A DNA stretch of 64,000 nt from Candidatus Magasanikiibacteriota bacterium (GCA_041665025.1 JBAYJP010000001.1:110555-174554), one strand, 5' to 3'. Positions 10,014 through 20,097 are shown, numbered from the stretch's first letter. The notes: generated by a model from the sequence alone, not told the origin. Numbers and translations: made by a program.

Positions 10014-10035
10014 TTATGTATTATTCTTTTAATAA

Positions 10036-10806
10036 CTAGTCTTTCATTTCCCAATTTTTAAACATCACTAATTCAAGCTTTTTAAAAATTAATAATTCAC
10101 AGATTAACCCTATGGCTGCAATAGTGATGATTCCAGTCAGGACTTGATCTAAATCAAAAGACCACTGCGACATCCAAATATATTTGCCTAGTCCGCCTAC
10201 CCCCGTCACTAACATCTCCGCTCCAATCAGAGATCTCCAACTAGAACCAAAACCCATCCTTAAGCCAATGACTATATTAGGTAAAGCACCCGGAATGACA
10301 ACTTTAAATAATACTCCCATTTTACTCATACCTAAATTCTTAGCTGCTAAAATCCAATGGGGATTAATGTTCTGAATTCCAGTAATCATATTAAGCACTA
10401 TCTTCAAAAAACTAGAAATAAAAACCAATATCCAAACCGACCATTGTGTAAAACCTGTCATAATAATAATCATTGGTAACCAAGCCAATGATGGAATAGG
10501 ATAAAAAAAAGAAATAAGAGGCAATATCATCGATTGTCTAACCTTACTAGTGCCAACAAACAATCCTACTAAAAAAGCAACAATAATAGATAGCAAATAT
10601 GGCGGCAAACAATTCAATAAACTTTTACTTACAATCAGATAGAGAGTACCCTCTTTTAGCAATCTAAAAAAAACAGAAATCACTGCTAAAGGAGAGGGAA
10701 GCAAGTAGGATGGTACCAGTTGCAAATAAGTTATGACACTCCAAGCAGTGAACAGCAAGAGAAATGGAACTAAGGGATAAAATATTTTTTTAATTAATAC
10801 CGTCAT
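10036..10806 (-). CDS. NitT/TauT family ABC transporter permease
   Basis: LLPSP, PIPSLAW, EAA-like WILAAKNLGMS, LIGAEML; start placed at MTVLIKK. Confidence 0.9.
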   Translation of the reverse strand: MTVLIKKIFYPLVPFLLLFTAWSVITYLQLVPSYLLPSPLAVISVFFRLLKEGTLYLIVSKSLLNCLPPYLLSIIVAFLVGLFVGTSKVRQSMILPLISFFYPIPSLAWLPMIIIMTGFTQWSVWILVFISSFLKIVLNMITGIQNINPHWILAAKNLGMSKMGVLFKVVIPGALPNIVIGLRMGFGSSWRSLIGAEMLVTGVGGLGKYIWMSQWSFDLDQVLTGIITIAAIGLICELLIFKKLELVMFKNWEMKD

Positions 10807-11830
10807 ATATCTCTCCTTGGGCATTAAGTAATAAATCCGTAAATTGACCGTCAAAAATATTTTTTTCTGTTAATTTATTTTTTATTGTCTCAGTTTCATA
10901 GCTAATATTAGCTACATCAGAAAACATCGTGGGATTAACCCAAGAGTAAAACTTAATATCACCCCTCTCAATTTTCTCTTGTACGACATCCGGTGTGTAA
11001 TCTATCGCTCCCAAAGTTTCTTTTTTAACAAACTCAGAGAAAGCCTGGCTGGTACCCTGGGGGTTTTCTTTGATATATTTCTGTGTTTCAATTAAAGCAA
11101 GAAGAAATTTACGAATAATAACAGAATTTTTGTTTAGATAATCTTCTTGACTTGAAAAAACCACCATACCGGATGGGTTTTCTGCATAACCTTTCTCAAA
11201 CCATCCAGGAAGTGCCATTACTCTATCCCCATACTGACTATAATCAGAGTCAATGGGTATTATGGCATCAACTGATTTCTTTTCTAACAAAGCAATAGCT
11301 TCGTATGTTTCATCTATGCCAGCAAATTCGATTTTGTTATAATCAAGACCTTCTTTCCTAAGTGCATATTTTAGAGCTAAACCGCGGCCACTATTTCCTC
11401 TTACAGAGACAACTTTCCCTATAATATCTTCCAATTTTTTGATATTACTATCACCACGTACATAAACTCCCATTTTAGAAATTGAAGATGGCGAAAAAGC
11501 TTTAACGGGTACTCCTTTGTCAATAAAACTCAATAAGGTAGTAATACCAATACTAGCAACATCTACTTGGCCAACCGACAAAGCTGTCATAGATTCCGTA
11601 CCTCCCAAGTCAATCAATTTTACATCGAGTCCTTGCTTCAAAAAAAATCCTTTTTCTTGAGCAACGACAATAGGTAGACTGGATATAAGCTGAATATTAT
11701 AGGCAACAGAAATATTATTTATTTTTTCTACTTCATACTTTTTCTCTTTATTCGACACAAAATTCCATGCAAGAAGTATAATTAGACCTATTAAAATAGC
11801 CGAAACTAAAATACAATATATTTTTTTCAT
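10790..11830 (-). CDS. NitT/TauT (SsuA/NMT1-like) ABC substrate-binding protein
   Basis: N-terminal anchor, VAQEKGFFLKQGLDV, ALSVGQVDVA. Confidence 0.88.
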   Translation of the reverse strand: MKKIYCILVSAILIGLIILLAWNFVSNKEKKYEVEKINNISVAYNIQLISSLPIVVAQEKGFFLKQGLDVKLIDLGGTESMTALSVGQVDVASIGITTLLSFIDKGVPVKAFSPSSISKMGVYVRGDSNIKKLEDIIGKVVSVRGNSGRGLALKYALRKEGLDYNKIEFAGIDETYEAIALLEKKSVDAIIPIDSDYSQYGDRVMALPGWFEKGYAENPSGMVVFSSQEDYLNKNSVIIRKFLLALIETQKYIKENPQGTSQAFSEFVKKETLGAIDYTPDVVQEKIERGDIKFYSWVNPTMFSDVANISYETETIKNKLTEKNIFDGQFTDLLLNAQGEIYDGIN

Positions 11831-11833
11831 ATA

Positions 11834-12628
11834 CTACTTTGTTAAATTAAAATTATACAAGTATGATTTATTAAAGATTTTAAATTCTGAATCAATTTCG
11901 GCTTCGATCTCTTTCATCAGGCGTATAAAAGTTGGGTCATCTACTTGTCGGGGGCGAGCTAAGGATAATTCATACTTTTTCTTGATCACAAAAGGCCGCG
12001 AACTGACTACATAAATAGTATCTGCTAAACAGAGAGCTTCATGAACACTATGGGTTACAAACAAGATTGTTTTATGGTTTCTATCCCAGATTTCCAGCAA
12101 ATTATTCCGTAAATGCCGCCGGGTTTGCGAATCTAGAGCTGAAAATGGTTCATCCATTAACAAAATATCTGGATCCACAACCAGTGACCTGGCAAAAGCC
12201 ACGCGCTGTTTCATGCCGCCTGACAGCTTATATATCGGCCAATCTTTAAACTCCCCTAGTCCAACCATTTCTAAATAATACAAAGCTTTTTTTCTTTTTT
12301 CCTCTTTACTTAGTTCTGAATTAGACAAACCAAATAAAACATTACCAAGAACCGTTTTCCACGGAAAAAGCATGTGGTCTTGAAAAACCATGAGGCGTTC
12401 CGAACTAATAGATTCAACTTTTTTTCCATATGTAAAAATATCACCGGCAGTAGGTGATAAAAAACCAGCAATTAAATACAATAAAACGGTCTTTCCACAA
12501 CCAGACGGTCCTACAATACATACAAATTCTCCATCTCTGACCTTCATATCCACGCTATCTAGCGCACAAAAATTACCGCCAAAGCTTTTTTTAACCCCTA
12601 ATAATTCTAAAGCAGAACTTGATGACAT
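11834..12628 (-). CDS. NitT/TauT family ABC transporter ATP-binding protein
   Basis: GPSGCGKT, LSGGMKQR, LLMDEPFSALD, FVTH. Confidence 0.93.
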   Translation of the reverse strand: MSSSSALELLGVKKSFGGNFCALDSVDMKVRDGEFVCIVGPSGCGKTVLLYLIAGFLSPTAGDIFTYGKKVESISSERLMVFQDHMLFPWKTVLGNVLFGLSNSELSKEEKRKKALYYLEMVGLGEFKDWPIYKLSGGMKQRVAFARSLVVDPDILLMDEPFSALDSQTRRHLRNNLLEIWDRNHKTILFVTHSVHEALCLADTIYVVSSRPFVIKKKYELSLARPRQVDDPTFIRLMKEIEAEIDSEFKIFNKSYLYNFNLTK

Positions 12629-12721
12629 ATCTTCACACAAAAATTCATGATAAATAGTCCACATTGTTATAGCGCAAAAAACCTTTTTTGTCAACTAATG
12701 AAAGGCACTTTTTTAGTACAC

Positions 12722-12744
12722 AAAATCCCCTCTTCGGGGATTTT
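12722..12744. repeat. Direct repeat copy 2 of the 23-bp terminator palindrome
   Basis: aaaatcccctcttcggggatttt, identical to 9991-10013. Confidence 0.8.
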
Positions 12745-13441
12745 AATTTTTATGTACCACACTTACTATATTTCTCCCTCCTCTAGAATCAGAAAGATAC
12801 GGTTCTTGTTCAAAATATTGTTCATCGATAACAAATCCAGATTCTTCAAACAATTGTTTTAATTCGTCTTCGGTAAAAGAATGATAATATCTATCTCCCA
12901 AAATATTTCCTTGTGGATCACGCCACGGCACAATAAAATCATTGTCCCCTATTTTCGTATATTTTCCTTTTTCGACTTTTTTATTTGCCCAATCGCTTCC
13001 TAAATTCCAATTTTTCATAATAAGTCGCCCATCTTTTTTCAAAACGCGCTTCATTTCACCTAATGCCTTTAGGCGTGTTTCTTTGTCAGGCAAATGGTGA
13101 AATGCGGCAATACAATAGATGATATCAAATGTATTATTCTGAAAAGGAAATGTTTCTGCCATATTTCCCTCAACAAACACCACCTCTGACCACTTTTTAC
13201 GCGCAATAGCGAGTAGTTCTCCACTCAAGTCCATTCCTGTATACGTCACTTGCATTTTATCAAACAGATGGTATAATTTGCCATTCCCGCACCCCAGGTC
13301 TAACATGTTGTCTCCGTCTTTGGTATACTTCACGAGTTCCTTTTCACTTTCTCTCACATATTTTCGCGTATCAGAAAAAAAGGAAGCAATTTTGTTATAA
13401 ATGTCCTTTGTCTGTCTAATTGTATCTTGGGGACTATCCAT
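12743..13441 (-). CDS. Class I SAM methyltransferase, Trm9/ALKBH8-like
   Basis: YNKIASFFSDTR, LDLGCGNGK, IAAFHHL...R..AL.EM.RVL, DFIVPW, RYYHSF.EDEL. Confidence 0.8.
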   Translation of the reverse strand: MDSPQDTIRQTKDIYNKIASFFSDTRKYVRESEKELVKYTKDGDNMLDLGCGNGKLYHLFDKMQVTYTGMDLSGELLAIARKKWSEVVFVEGNMAETFPFQNNTFDIIYCIAAFHHLPDKETRLKALGEMKRVLKKDGRLIMKNWNLGSDWANKKVEKGKYTKIGDNDFIVPWRDPQGNILGDRYYHSFTEDELKQLFEESGFVIDEQYFEQEPYLSDSRGGRNIVSVVHKN

Positions 13442-13453
13442 ATTGACAAATTA

Positions 13454-13514
13454 ATAGAACACGAATGAAACAAATTCGTCCAAATTAGTTTAATTCGTTA
13501 AATTCGCGTTCTAT
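13454..13514. repeat. 9-nt-periodic palindrome (atagaacac...gttctat family)
   Basis: Shares termini with copies at 20098, 21477 and 23293. Confidence 0.8.
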
Positions 13515-13520
13515 AAACCT

Positions 13521-15236
13521 ATGCAAGAGTTAGAAAATATTGTACTACAAATCATTGAAAAGCATCCTAAAACCAAGGATGATTTTAATGAAGCAAAACG
13601 ACAGATTACATCAAAACTCCAGATAAACTCTCCGTCAAACCGAAATCTTATCTCAGCTTATCAAAATTTATTAAAAAAGAAAAGAGTTGTGAAAGACGTG
13701 GGGTTAGAATTTCTCATGCGCAAGGCCGAAATGCGTACTCTTTCTGGTGTAGCCATCATTACGTCCCTAGTCAAGCCATATGCCTGCCCCGGAGACTGCA
13801 TATATTGCCCTACAGAGGTCAAAATGCCCAAAAGCTATATCGCAACCGAACCAGCCGCCGCACGCGCTCTAGCGCTCAAATTTGACCCCTACGAACAAAT
13901 GCGCAGGCGTATTGAGGTATTGGAACAAAACAACCACCCAACAGACAAGATTGAGTTTATTATCAAAGGCGGAACGTGGAATGCGTATCCCCTTTTATAC
14001 CAATACTGGTTCGTACTAAGGTCGTTCCAAGCATGTAACGATTTGTCACGCAAAAATAAAAGATTAAAAGATTATAAAATTAAAAGATTACCGGACAATC
14101 ACAATCTTTCAATCTTTCAATCTTTCAATCTTGAAGATTTGCAAAATCTTTTAAACACCGAACAACAATATAACGATAAAAAAGCACGTCATAAGATTAT
14201 AGGTGTGACCCTCGAAACCCGTCCAGATGCAATCTCTCCAAAAACAATTTATCACATGCGTCAACAAGGATGCACACGCATTGAACTAGGACTTCAAGCA
14301 CCTGATGATAATATTTTAAAACTTATTAAACGCGGACATACGGTTCAACAATTCAAAGATGCGATGTATTTACTAAGGCAAGCTGGATTTAAAGTTGATT
14401 TGCACTTTATGCCCGCATTGCCAGGATCATCTGCAAAACATGATGTCGAAATGTACAAACAATTATTTTCTGATCCAGGATTGAAGCCTGACATGATAAA
14501 AATATACCCATGCACCGTAATAAAAAATACGGAATTATACACATGGCTACAAAATAAAAAATATAAACCATACGACCAAAAAGATCTTTTTGAAAGTATT
14601 ATTCAAATGAAAATAAACACTCCTCGTTATTGCCGTATTTCTCGACTTATTCGCGATATTCCCGCCAATGAAATTGAGGGCGGAAATATCATTACGAACC
14701 TGCGCGAAGCATTGCAAAGTGAAATGAAGAAGCGAGGATTAAAATGTGAATGTTTGAGGTGCAGAGAAGTGGGACATGTGAGCACTTTAGCACGACAGCA
14801 CTTTAGCACTTTAGCACCGAAACCATTTATTGACGTATACGAAACAAATGGAGGAACGGAGTATTTTTTGAGTTTTGAAGATTCAAAGAGACATGTTGTC
14901 TTTGCCTTTCTACGTCTAAGAATACCAAACCAAAGCCCCTCCATTTTTAAGGGAGGGGTTGGGGGTGGGTTGCTCGATCATCTACCTGAAATGAAAAACT
15001 CTGCATTCATTCGTGAGCTTCATACGTATGGCCAACTTCTTGAACTTGGAGAAAAAAATAAATCTGCAAGTCAACACAAAGGCCTTGGCAAAAAACTTGT
15101 GCAAAAAGCAGAAAAAATCGCAAAGAAAAATGGATATACAAAACTTGCAGTGATTTCAGGAGTAGGCGTCCGTGGCTACTACAGAAAATTAGGATACAAA
15201 AAACGAGGAACATACATGGTTAAAAATATAAAATAA
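13521..15236 (+). CDS. elp3: Elp3-family tRNA U34 carboxymethyltransferase (radical SAM + KAT)
   Basis: RTLSGVA, CPGDCIYCP, PKSY...EPA, ETRPD, RLIRDIP, RELHTYG, QHKGLG, VISGVGVRGYYRKLGY. Confidence 0.93.
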   Translation: MQELENIVLQIIEKHPKTKDDFNEAKRQITSKLQINSPSNRNLISAYQNLLKKKRVVKDVGLEFLMRKAEMRTLSGVAIITSLVKPYACPGDCIYCPTEVKMPKSYIATEPAAARALALKFDPYEQMRRRIEVLEQNNHPTDKIEFIIKGGTWNAYPLLYQYWFVLRSFQACNDLSRKNKRLKDYKIKRLPDNHNLSIFQSFNLEDLQNLLNTEQQYNDKKARHKIIGVTLETRPDAISPKTIYHMRQQGCTRIELGLQAPDDNILKLIKRGHTVQQFKDAMYLLRQAGFKVDLHFMPALPGSSAKHDVEMYKQLFSDPGLKPDMIKIYPCTVIKNTELYTWLQNKKYKPYDQKDLFESIIQMKINTPRYCRISRLIRDIPANEIEGGNIITNLREALQSEMKKRGLKCECLRCREVGHVSTLARQHFSTLAPKPFIDVYETNGGTEYFLSFEDSKRHVVFAFLRLRIPNQSPSIFKGGVGGGLLDHLPEMKNSAFIRELHTYGQLLELGEKNKSASQHKGLGKKLVQKAEKIAKKNGYTKLAVISGVGVRGYYRKLGYKKRGTYMVKNIK

Positions 15237-15259
15237 CTCCCCTTCTCAGGGAGTTTTAA

Positions 15260-15380
15260 ATTATTCTAATTAACCTAATTGTTCTAATTATTCTAAATAA
15301 TGACTAGGCTTTGTATAATATTTTGAAATTGAGATTTGTTTTAGGTTAATTAGTATAATTAGAATAATTAGTATAATTAA
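15260..15380. repeat. 9-nt-periodic intergenic palindrome
   Basis: attattctaattaacctaattgttctaattattctaa...ttaggttaattagtataattagaataatt. Confidence 0.7.
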
Positions 15381-15386
15381 ATTCCA

Positions 15387-16529
15387 CTACATTTCCCCGC
15401 CCACCTTCGTCTTTATTTCTTCCTTCAGTTCTTCAACAAACTCATCAATCCTCTCTTTTGAGATCTGTTGCATCACAACCACATGAGCAAGATCACCCTG
15501 CACCGCGAGCTGATGGCGATGAATGAGTGCTTCAGAAGGCCGTTCAAACACAACAGTCGTAGACCACTTATTCAAAAAGCATTTGGGATAATGTATTGCA
15601 ACCAAACTTTCATATAAATATTGAGCGCGTGCGAGGCAGTCGTACACATCCTTTTTAAAACCTTCCACGCCCCGAGACATAAACGCATACCAAGAAATAA
15701 GCGCAGTATGTCCCCCACGTGAACCACTAATGGTACTATCGTGACTTCCGATATATTCTATTTCATGCGAAATTTTGTCTATGTTCTTTTTGCGCGCAAG
15801 CACTATACCATATGGTATCGGAGAACCTATAAATTTATGTCCGGAAATAGCAACACTATCAATTGACTTAGAAAAATTTATAACTGGAGCGTCGGGCTCA
15901 GAAATAAATGGCAAAATTAAACCAGATAGAGCGCCATCGCAATGAATATAATGCTCTTCAATGCCATTTCGTTTCAATACCTCGAGTATTTCGTCAAGAT
16001 TATCAATCGCTCCTTTTACCGTCGTGCCTATGTTGATTACAACAACAGCAGGGCGTTTGCCATGCTGTTGTAAAATCTTTTCAAATTTTGAGACGTTCAT
16101 CTCCCCATTTTCACAAGAAGGTACGATACTATAATCCAATTGCAAAATATGTGCGCTTTTCTTCAATGAATAATGTGCATCTTCAGAAAAATATAATCGC
16201 GCCTTGGGATATAATTCACGAGCCACAAACAATCCATGCATATTGCCCTCCGTACCGCACGATGCGGTATACCCCCAAAATTCTTCGCGGGGTAATTTGT
16301 ATACATCGGCAAGCCAGTACAAAGCCTCGCGTTCAAATTCACGCGCATGCATCTGGTAATTGCATTCATCAAATGGATCGCCTAAATTATTTAAATTATA
16401 TTTAAATAAAGGAAATATAGGCGAATAGTCAAAATCAAAATTGCACGGAAAACCCATGTGCAGTATCGATTTAGCATGTATTTCTTCTTCAAATTTACTA
16501 AGTCGTTCATTTATCTCTTCTGGTGTCAT
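15387..16529 (-). CDS. PLP-dependent group II decarboxylase (histidine/serine decarboxylase-like)
   Basis: LNNLGDPF, WGY...GTEGN, HYSLKK, IGTTVKGAID, IHCDGAL, SGHKFIGSP; start placed at MTPEE. Confidence 0.88.
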   Translation of the reverse strand: MTPEEINERLSKFEEEIHAKSILHMGFPCNFDFDYSPIFPLFKYNLNNLGDPFDECNYQMHAREFEREALYWLADVYKLPREEFWGYTASCGTEGNMHGLFVARELYPKARLYFSEDAHYSLKKSAHILQLDYSIVPSCENGEMNVSKFEKILQQHGKRPAVVVINIGTTVKGAIDNLDEILEVLKRNGIEEHYIHCDGALSGLILPFISEPDAPVINFSKSIDSVAISGHKFIGSPIPYGIVLARKKNIDKISHEIEYIGSHDSTISGSRGGHTALISWYAFMSRGVEGFKKDVYDCLARAQYLYESLVAIHYPKCFLNKWSTTVVFERPSEALIHRHQLAVQGDLAHVVVMQQISKERIDEFVEELKEEIKTKVGGEM

Positions 16530-16747
16530 ACAAAATTTAAGAAAATATTGCATCAAGTAAAGCAAAAAATAGAAATACTGTCAACACCGCTTATAGACCT
16601 TGCGAGGAAAAAGAAAGATTTATGACTCCCACAATCATTAATAACAGAGCATTAATTTTTAATACAATATTTTTTCTGTCTATTTCTTCTTCTATAATAT
16701 GCGGAAAAAATAAGGAATATGTATGATAAAAAGTATAGAATAATAGA

Positions 16748-18706
16748 TTAACTTTTTTCTAATATCCAGGTGTCAGCAGACTGTTTTCCTTCTCGCTCAA
16801 ATCTTAATATATAATCTCGAGCTGTCCCCGCAGACACTTTTGATCTGGTAAGTCTTCTCAGAAAAAAACACACACGGCTAAGCGCATTTGTCGTATCCGT
16901 ATCCTCAAATCCTTGAAACGAAATGGGCGCGGCTTTTCCAATGCTACTTCTTTCTAATACGGATACGACATGAGCACGAAGTTCTCGATTATTCAAAATT
17001 TCATGAGCACTTATATACTTTTTCTGCATTTCTCTTTTTACATACTCAAGTGCTTCTTCTCTACCGCTGTTAACAAGTTCCCCAATAAATTGTCTACTGA
17101 GTAGTGACGAGATGCGGCCATCAACTTTCAATTCTTGGGTGAGATGATGTCCGACTCTTTGTAAAAAACTGTTAAGCATAACAACACGGTAACCTTCTAT
17201 AGAAAGAGTCACTTTATTTCGGGAATGGACAGGCGCATGGCCAATTTGTTCCCAAATTTTTCTACATAGTTCAGAATCTCTATACAACTCCTCTAATGTA
17301 AGATCTTTTTTCCTAGCTTCATCTTCAATAAATTTTTCAACATGAGCCTCACCGTCTTGCGTAGCTAAAAGACGTATGAATGTAAGCGCTCGTTTTCTAG
17401 ATACTGAACCTCGGGGTAATGTATACCTTTGTTCTATTTCTTTTGCCATGGTATCTAATAATTGACGAGCTTGGGCAGTAGTAGTAGCTCCCTCAATCTT
17501 GATAGGAGAAAGGTCTTCAAAATGCGAAACGATCTTTACACCGGACAATGCTTGTGCAAGGGGTTGACGCATCTCAGGATGCTCCATCAATGTTTCTAAA
17601 CTAATTCTCGTTTTCCCCAAAAATGAATACCAATCCACCCACTCCCCATAGACATGATTGGGATTAGATGGCCAATTAGGATGTTTTTTACTTTCTTGTC
17701 TATATCTTTCTGACCCCATAATAGGAGGGTCACAGCTCCGCACCTCTGCTTGCAACTCCATATAGGTAAGAAATGATGCTTTTTCCTTTTGCCTCTCCTT
17801 TTTCAAAAAATCATACCAATTTGTCCATTCATCTTTATATGTCTCAAATGGTTCCGATGGCCATTGCACATGATTTTTCCGTTCTACTTCATAACTAGAA
17901 CTACTAGTAACCCCGCAGCCCAATACGTCGTGTTGGAGATCAGTGTACGACAAATAGCGAGGCCCTTTTGTCTCCAAAAAATATTTTAGGACAGTCTTCC
18001 ACTCATCAACATTAGAAATCCACTCTATAGGTGTAGCACTGGTTTGCAAAAACTGAACCATGTGCTCTTTGTCCATACCCAAGATATGTGCATTCCACTG
18101 TTCCCTCGTTATATCATGCAAAACAAAGGTGCTATTTCCCTCTTCATTGTTGACTAAAACAATAATATGTTCTTCATCAACGACATATGCTCTATATAGT
18201 TCGTTTCTTCTCATCTTATGTCTCCTTCTAAATTCCTCCTCTGCTTGCGGAGAGGTCTCAAGGATATGATAATCTAAATCTAAACTCTCAAGTACCTGCT
18301 CAAGATATTGATCTCTTGGTATAATTTGCAGTTCCCGTGTTCTTTCAGCGGCACCCGTAATAATTCGTGGATATGCGTTTGGAGGCAAAATAACTTTATC
18401 AATATATTCTACGGGTTTACTCAATGCCAGTTCATGGGCAGCATCTATTAATACACTATCCACGTAGCCTTGCCCTTCCTTATCATATTTATTCATATCA
18501 AAATCCAAATTCATTGTCTCGGCTGCTTCGCCTGGTTCAAGATATGACTGAAAAACAAGAGCTTCCCACTCATGTTTGAGACGTTCAAACCAATATTCTT
18601 CGGGGTCATTAATTTTTTCGATTCTTTGTATTTCTCTTTGCTCTTCTGTTTTTCTTCTATAATTTTCCCTGGTTGAGTTAACTCCAGATGTTACAGACTC
18701 GTTCAT
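16748..18706 (-). CDS. Large hypothetical protein with two integrase-repeat-like (PSxP..Y..W..W..FL) units
   Basis: WPSEPFETYKDEWTNWYDFL and WPSNPNHVYGEWVDWYSFLG. Confidence 0.7.
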   Translation of the reverse strand: MNESVTSGVNSTRENYRRKTEEQREIQRIEKINDPEEYWFERLKHEWEALVFQSYLEPGEAAETMNLDFDMNKYDKEGQGYVDSVLIDAAHELALSKPVEYIDKVILPPNAYPRIITGAAERTRELQIIPRDQYLEQVLESLDLDYHILETSPQAEEEFRRRHKMRRNELYRAYVVDEEHIIVLVNNEEGNSTFVLHDITREQWNAHILGMDKEHMVQFLQTSATPIEWISNVDEWKTVLKYFLETKGPRYLSYTDLQHDVLGCGVTSSSSYEVERKNHVQWPSEPFETYKDEWTNWYDFLKKERQKEKASFLTYMELQAEVRSCDPPIMGSERYRQESKKHPNWPSNPNHVYGEWVDWYSFLGKTRISLETLMEHPEMRQPLAQALSGVKIVSHFEDLSPIKIEGATTTAQARQLLDTMAKEIEQRYTLPRGSVSRKRALTFIRLLATQDGEAHVEKFIEDEARKKDLTLEELYRDSELCRKIWEQIGHAPVHSRNKVTLSIEGYRVVMLNSFLQRVGHHLTQELKVDGRISSLLSRQFIGELVNSGREEALEYVKREMQKKYISAHEILNNRELRAHVVSVLERSSIGKAAPISFQGFEDTDTTNALSRVCFFLRRLTRSKVSAGTARDYILRFEREGKQSADTWILEKS

Positions 18707-18712
18707 ATAAAA

Positions 18713-19609
18713 TTAATGAAATGCGAGTATTATTATAGCACACAACATAAGTACAAGTGCTACTATCTTTAAAAAGACATTTTTCTTATCCAATTCCTCT
18801 TTCAAAATGTGGGGAATAAAAATAGAAAATAATACTGCTATACTAAACACAAAAATAGTCTGCATTCCCTCAAACGCAAAGACAAGAGCGGCAGGTCCAA
18901 GCGATAATGCCCATATATTTATGCCAACGGCTACATAATCTGTTATTGAAAGGGCACATAAAAACAAGCCGAGTTTACTATCTATATGGTGAAACGTTTG
19001 ATTCAAATTGGATCTAAAATTTTTAGAAAAAAATAAAAATACCGAAGACAATAGCATAAAAATAGTCATCCATACAAACGCAAGTAGAAATGGCACAAAT
19101 TGAGTGACGTAACTAAATATCGTCGCATAGGTGGCATATATAACAGATGCAAACATCATCCAAAAAAGCGCCTTTGATAATTTAAAAAAACCTTTGGTAA
19201 TATGTATAGACGCAAGGATAGAACCAAACAGAAGTAGAAAAAAAGCTAAGAGCTGAAAGCCATACAACTTTTGATCTATGAAAATCCATGCGATCACAAA
19301 AGTAAAAATGGGGACAAAATTCCACAGCACATTAACGCGTGAAATCTCTTCCATGCCCAATGCTTTCACATACGGAATAGCACCGTAAAAATAGATAAAT
19401 CCGGTAAATGCAAGCAACAATAAAAACTTTGTTTCTATGACATAAAAATCTATAAACGGAATTATTATAATTACCAAAATACCAAATATCCACCTCAAAA
19501 AAGTAAACACGTAAGGATCTTGTATCCTTTTTTCAACTACATATTTGTCTCCAACATTTGTCCATGCCCACAAAAAATGAGCTCCGGTCTGTAAAAATAC
19601 CCACAACAT
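18713..19609 (-). CDS. EamA/DMT family transporter
   Basis: About 10 TM segments with two-fold internal symmetry; KAL..EEISRV. Confidence 0.85.
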   Translation of the reverse strand: MLWVFLQTGAHFLWAWTNVGDKYVVEKRIQDPYVFTFLRWIFGILVIIIIPFIDFYVIETKFLLLLAFTGFIYFYGAIPYVKALGMEEISRVNVLWNFVPIFTFVIAWIFIDQKLYGFQLLAFFLLLFGSILASIHITKGFFKLSKALFWMMFASVIYATYATIFSYVTQFVPFLLAFVWMTIFMLLSSVFLFFSKNFRSNLNQTFHHIDSKLGLFLCALSITDYVAVGINIWALSLGPAALVFAFEGMQTIFVFSIAVLFSIFIPHILKEELDKKNVFLKIVALVLMLCAIIILAFH

Positions 19610-19676
19610 AGGTTATTTGATAGAAGACTTTAAAAATGATAGACTAAATATACTCTAAAAATAGCTTAAAAACAAT

Positions 19677-20075
19677 ATGGAATCCTCTACCTGGGAAAAC
19701 ATGGCCGCTGGACCGGTTATAATTGAGAATGGAAAAATTTTGCTCGATCGCGAGATGAAAGACAACGCCATAACGCCTTGGTTTTTCCCAGGAGGAGGCG
19801 CTGAAGAAAGAGATTTGAATCCGGAAGAAACATGTAAAAGAGAAGCACGTGAGGAATTGAGTATTGAAATAGAAATAATTAGACAATTAAAAACTATAAA
19901 AACAGTACATAAAAACAAAGAAATTATACTCAAACATTTCCTAGCAAAACGAACTGGAGAAATAAAGCCAGGTCTAGATATTGCTGACTGGGGATGGTTT
20001 GATATCAATAATTTGCCGGAAAATTGTGCTCAAAATGTCTTGGAAATAATCAATGACATCAAAAAAGAAATATGA
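19677..20075 (+). CDS. NUDIX hydrolase
   Basis: FFPGGGAEERDLNPEETCKREAREEL Nudix box. Confidence 0.88.
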   Translation: MESSTWENMAAGPVIIENGKILLDREMKDNAITPWFFPGGGAEERDLNPEETCKREAREELSIEIEIIRQLKTIKTVHKNKEIILKHFLAKRTGEIKPGLDIADWGWFDINNLPENCAQNVLEIINDIKKEI

Positions 20076-20097
20076 TTTTTGAATCTTTGGAATTTAA

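Noticed and set aside
9766-10032. 88-aa ORF
   Set aside because: It overlaps the tRNA and its repeat-interrupted scars.
16748-18706. Prophage or integrase
   Set aside because: Only repeat units are present; there is no tyrosine or serine recombinase catalytic motif and no phage structural genes nearby.
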